Below are positions 17,366 to 20,000 of a stretch of DNA of 20,000 nt, piece by piece. Each line of letters starts with the position of its first letter. The first letter of the stretch is position 1. The DNA lies in assembly GCA_001275005.1 (NCBI GenBank), contig JWZX01003090.1:50804-70803 (forward strand), written 5' to 3'. The notes below the pieces were generated by a model. The model ran no database searches. It was not told the origin of the DNA and was given only the letters and a program-made list of their open reading frames with translations. Source of the stretch: Chrysochromulina tobinii (Eukaryota). Position numbers and translations under genes: made by a program.

Positions 17366-17824
17366 TTACGCTGAGAACTCACCTCGCACCTCTTTGGTGA
17401 GCTTGATCCCCGCAAGCACGGCGAACTCCTCGCGACACGCATCGAAGCCGACGCCGCCCGGGGCGTACGCGCGGTCGGCCGCCCGCCGCCAGGCGAGCAT
17501 CAAAGGGCCGATCACATTACTGACCATCCGCCAGCGAGCCATGAGATAGCCGGGCGGCAGGAAACGATTGAAGCCGAGAGTGAGGTCGCCGTGGTGCTCG
17601 AGGAGTTGCGAAACCTGCTCTTTCACCTCCTTGACGGTCTTCTGCTCCTTTTGGTACGTGTGCAGGATCTCGAGGAAGGCTTTGTACGTCTCGGGCTCCT
17701 TGGCGAAGCGAGTCTTGACCTTCCTCACGTACTCGATCGAATCATCGAATCCGATGGGCGCCTTCTTTCTGGTCCAAAGACCTTGGTCCCTCTTCGCAAT
17801 GTCCTCCGGCTGCAGCCCGGTCAT
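17366..17824 (-). CDS. Small stand-alone Sin3-type paired amphipathic helix (PAH) domain protein, ~152 aa (5' end uncertain)
   Basis: FDDSIEYVRKVKTRFAKEPETYKAFLEILHTYQKEQKTVKEVKEQVSQLLEHHGDLTLGFNRFLPPGY is a clear PAH domain. ATG at 17824 and TAA at 17366-17368. An acceptor-like CCTGCAG|GC just upstream of the ATG means an upstream exon is possible. Confidence 0.75.
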   Translation of the reverse strand: MTGLQPEDIAKRDQGLWTRKKAPIGFDDSIEYVRKVKTRFAKEPETYKAFLEILHTYQKEQKTVKEVKEQVSQLLEHHGDLTLGFNRFLPPGYLMARWRMVSNVIGPLMLAWRRAADRAYAPGGVGFDACREEFAVLAGIKLTKEVRGEFSA

Positions 17825-18429
17825 GCCTGCAGGTACCGAGCACCGGAGTGCGAGCTGCTGAGGAGTGTGGCGACGGGCGGCGCTCGCAAGTCGAGGGCGC
17901 CATCGCAAATGCTCGCGAATTGCGTGTACGGGAACGCTCGCTTTTGGGGGGACCCCAAACCTACAGTACCAACAGATTGTGAATTCCCCTCAGTAAGAAG
18001 AAGAAGAGGAAGCAGGCACTTATCAATCGAAACACTCTCATTCGGGGGAGGAGGGGCACCGGTCTGGCGCAGATGCAAGCCCGGCGCGCGCGCTCTCTTC
18101 CCCCATGCTTCGCCGATTAACGGCCTGTGTTAATACGGGTGTGTTAGCACGGGCTGTGTCGGCCACAACTCCGTCCATAGAGACAGTGACTCTTGTGCTT
18201 GGGGGTCCGGAGCGTGTGCGCGCGTTGTGTTGAACAGCATCAGCAGCACACTCTCAAGCATCTTGACTTTTTCAGCACGAATCAGGCCTTTGCATTTCCC
18301 CACAGAGCGGGGGGCCTGCTGCGGCGCCTGGGAGGCGCCCCTGATGAGGGATGTAATTGCGCCTGAGCACGAATGCAAGCGCAGCGCGCGGCAACTCGCG
18401 CGGCTCGCTCGCTTTGTCCATCTCGAACA

Positions 18430-20000
18430 ATGTCGCGCCCGATTGCGAGACGCGCGCGATCTACGCCGACCCGACTTACGGAGTCGTGGACCGCCGCCGG
18501 ATTCATCGGGACGCTCGGCATCCCGGAGCTGCTCGCGGCGCAGCTTGTCGAGGTCGGCTGCCCGAACGAGCTCGGTGCGCTGAAATCGCTCGCGGGCCGG
18601 TCGGACCTGGAGGAGGAGCTCAGGAGGCGCCTGACCTTGGGCATCGACGCCCTCATCGGTTGTCTCTCGTCCTCGCTCAAAAAGCTTGCCACGGGCGCCG
18701 CGCCGACGGCCATGCAGTTGCACGACAAGTTTCTGCAGGACGGTGCCCCGCTGCTGACATACGGCGACCTGAACACCTTCTTTGGCGGGCTGGAAGCAAT
18801 GGTGGGCGCGCCGCTGCCGCGTGTGCGCGACGCCATGGCCGCGGAGCACACCAAGCAGCGCGACTCGCACCTCGTGTTCACGGCGGAGAACTATGGCACC
18901 ACGACCACTTCGGCGACCGAGTGGGCCTTTGTGGCCGAACCCGAGAGCCGCCCGCACGACAAGTGGCCCGTCGAGGCGAAGCTCGTGCCGAAGCTCGTGC
19001 TCACACTAAAGCCTGACAGTAGCAAATCGGAGCCCGTTGGAGTGCGCATTGAGATCGTTGCGCCCGAGCACCGGAAGCCCCGGCGCGCGCCGATGTCCAT
19101 CCCCAAGCTCAGGTGGCGCGTCGCCGAGCGCGGTGTGCGGTTGCAAGCGCAGGGCGAGCCGGCGCTCACGCTCGAGGAGGCGTTCGGCGCACGGCTGTAC
19201 ACAGGGCCACTCTTTGTCAAGTACAATGCAGTGCTGCGCGGGCTCGACAGCCCGGTCCTTTACCTGCGCTGCGAGATGGTGCGGCTGTGCTGCTCCGCGG
19301 AGGACGCGGCATTGCACGCGAAAGCTGCCGAGGAGGCCAAGGCAAAGCGCCTAGCAGAGAAACCGTCGTTTGGCGCGCGCAAACCGACGGCGGCGGACGA
19401 GGTGGCGCTGCGCGAATACACGCGCGCTGCGTACGAGGAGGTGGTGAAACGCATCAACAAGTACACGACGACGCTGCATGCAATCAACTCGGTGGTCGTC
19501 AAGCTGAGCAAGCTAACCAAGGCGTCGACGGTGTACCGCGGCGTCCACGACTTCGTGCTCCCCGATCAGTTCTGGACGCCCAACAAGCACGGCGTGCGCG
19601 GCGGCATCGACGGTGCGTTCCTGTCGACAACTTTGAAGCGTGAGGAGGCGTCCAAGATTGCAACAAGCGGAAAAGCCGCTCCTCTAATCTTCGAGATCCA
19701 GCAAGGCATGATCGACCGCGGCGCCGACATCTCCTTCCTCTCCCAGTACCCGTTCGAAAAGGAGATCCTCTTCAACCCGCTCACGGGGCTCGAGGTGAGC
19801 GGCTCGCGCGTCGAGGGCCCGATGCTCATCGTCGAGGTGAAGCTGAGCGTCAACCTGAAGTCGCTCACCATCGAGCAGGTGATCGGCAAGCGCAAGAAGA
19901 TGCTGCAGGACATGGTGTATGGGCTCGAGGCGGAGGTACGGCAGGCGCTGCGTACGGAGGGTCTGGCCACACCGTATGGGACGGAGAAGGTTCTGAGCTT
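18430..20000 (+). CDS. R-S-E clade (NAD+:arginine, ART/ExoS/VIP2-like) mono-ADP-ribosyltransferase domain protein; 3'-partial, absent from the ORF track
   Basis: I translated the frame by hand and found no stop from the TGA at 18364 to the window end; ATG is at 18430 (alternative 18373). It reads ...RLYTGPLFVKYNAVLRG...NKYTTTLHAINSVVVKLSKL...VYRG (R at 19537)...AFLSTT (S at 19624)...IFEI...RGADISFLSQYPFEKEILF (E at 19756 and 19762)...SVNLKSLTIEQVIGKRK. Confidence 0.88.
   Translation, partial: MSRPIARRARSTPTRLTESWTAAGFIGTLGIPELLAAQLVEVGCPNELGALKSLAGRSDLEEELRRRLTLGIDALIGCLSSSLKKLATGAAPTAMQLHDKFLQDGAPLLTYGDLNTFFGGLEAMVGAPLPRVRDAMAAEHTKQRDSHLVFTAENYGTTTTSATEWAFVAEPESRPHDKWPVEAKLVPKLVLTLKPDSSKSEPVGVRIEIVAPEHRKPRRAPMSIPKLRWRVAERGVRLQAQGEPALTLEEAFGARLYTGPLFVKYNAVLRGLDSPVLYLRCEMVRLCCSAEDAALHAKAAEEAKAKRLAEKPSFGARKPTAADEVALREYTRAAYEEVVKRINKYTTTLHAINSVVVKLSKLTKASTVYRGVHDFVLPDQFWTPNKHGVRGGIDGAFLSTTLKREEASKIATSGKAAPLIFEIQQGMIDRGADISFLSQYPFEKEILFNPLTGLEVSGSRVEGPMLIVEVKLSVNLKSLTIEQVIGKRKKMLQDMVYGLEAEVRQALRTEGLATPYGTEKVLS

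Noticed and set aside
15280..18360. Intact DNA transposon or Helitron spanning the accessory region
   Set aside because: I could not find matching terminal inverted repeats, target-site duplications, a convincing hairpin-CTRR end or a transposase ORF.
18130..19970. Track ORFs 18357..19016, 19113..19643, 18130..18957 and 19566..19970
   Set aside because: Wrong frames or antisense shadows of the real ART frame starting at 18430.

Overview
Very GC-rich, gene-dense, intron-poor eukaryotic nuclear DNA. The most likely source is a flagellated alga with a complex red plastid, probably a haptophyte. This is inferred from the bipartite plastid-targeting leader on Rps20, the GC3-rich codon usage and the gene families present. 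The left ~15.2 kb is ordinary housekeeping: a 5'-truncated CFAP47 (cilia/flagella), Rab21, a nuclear-encoded plastid ribosomal protein S20 with one intron, a CIA30-domain protein, a NERD1-like FG-GAP membrane protein and UFD1. The right ~4.8 kb looks accessory. It holds a decayed Gly-rich/zinc-finger gene remnant with a 29-bp tandem duplication, a tRNA-like fragment and a small stand-alone Sin3-type PAH gene that looks like a PAH2/PAH1 hybrid. Divergent from the PAH gene is a long ORF missing from the supplied track because it runs off the window. It encodes a toxin-like R-S-E (R/STT/ExE) ADP-ribosyltransferase with an unannotated N-terminal domain. That ART gene and its neighbourhood are the best candidate for an undescribed defence or signalling system. 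All family assignments are by eye from remembered motifs; no searches were run.
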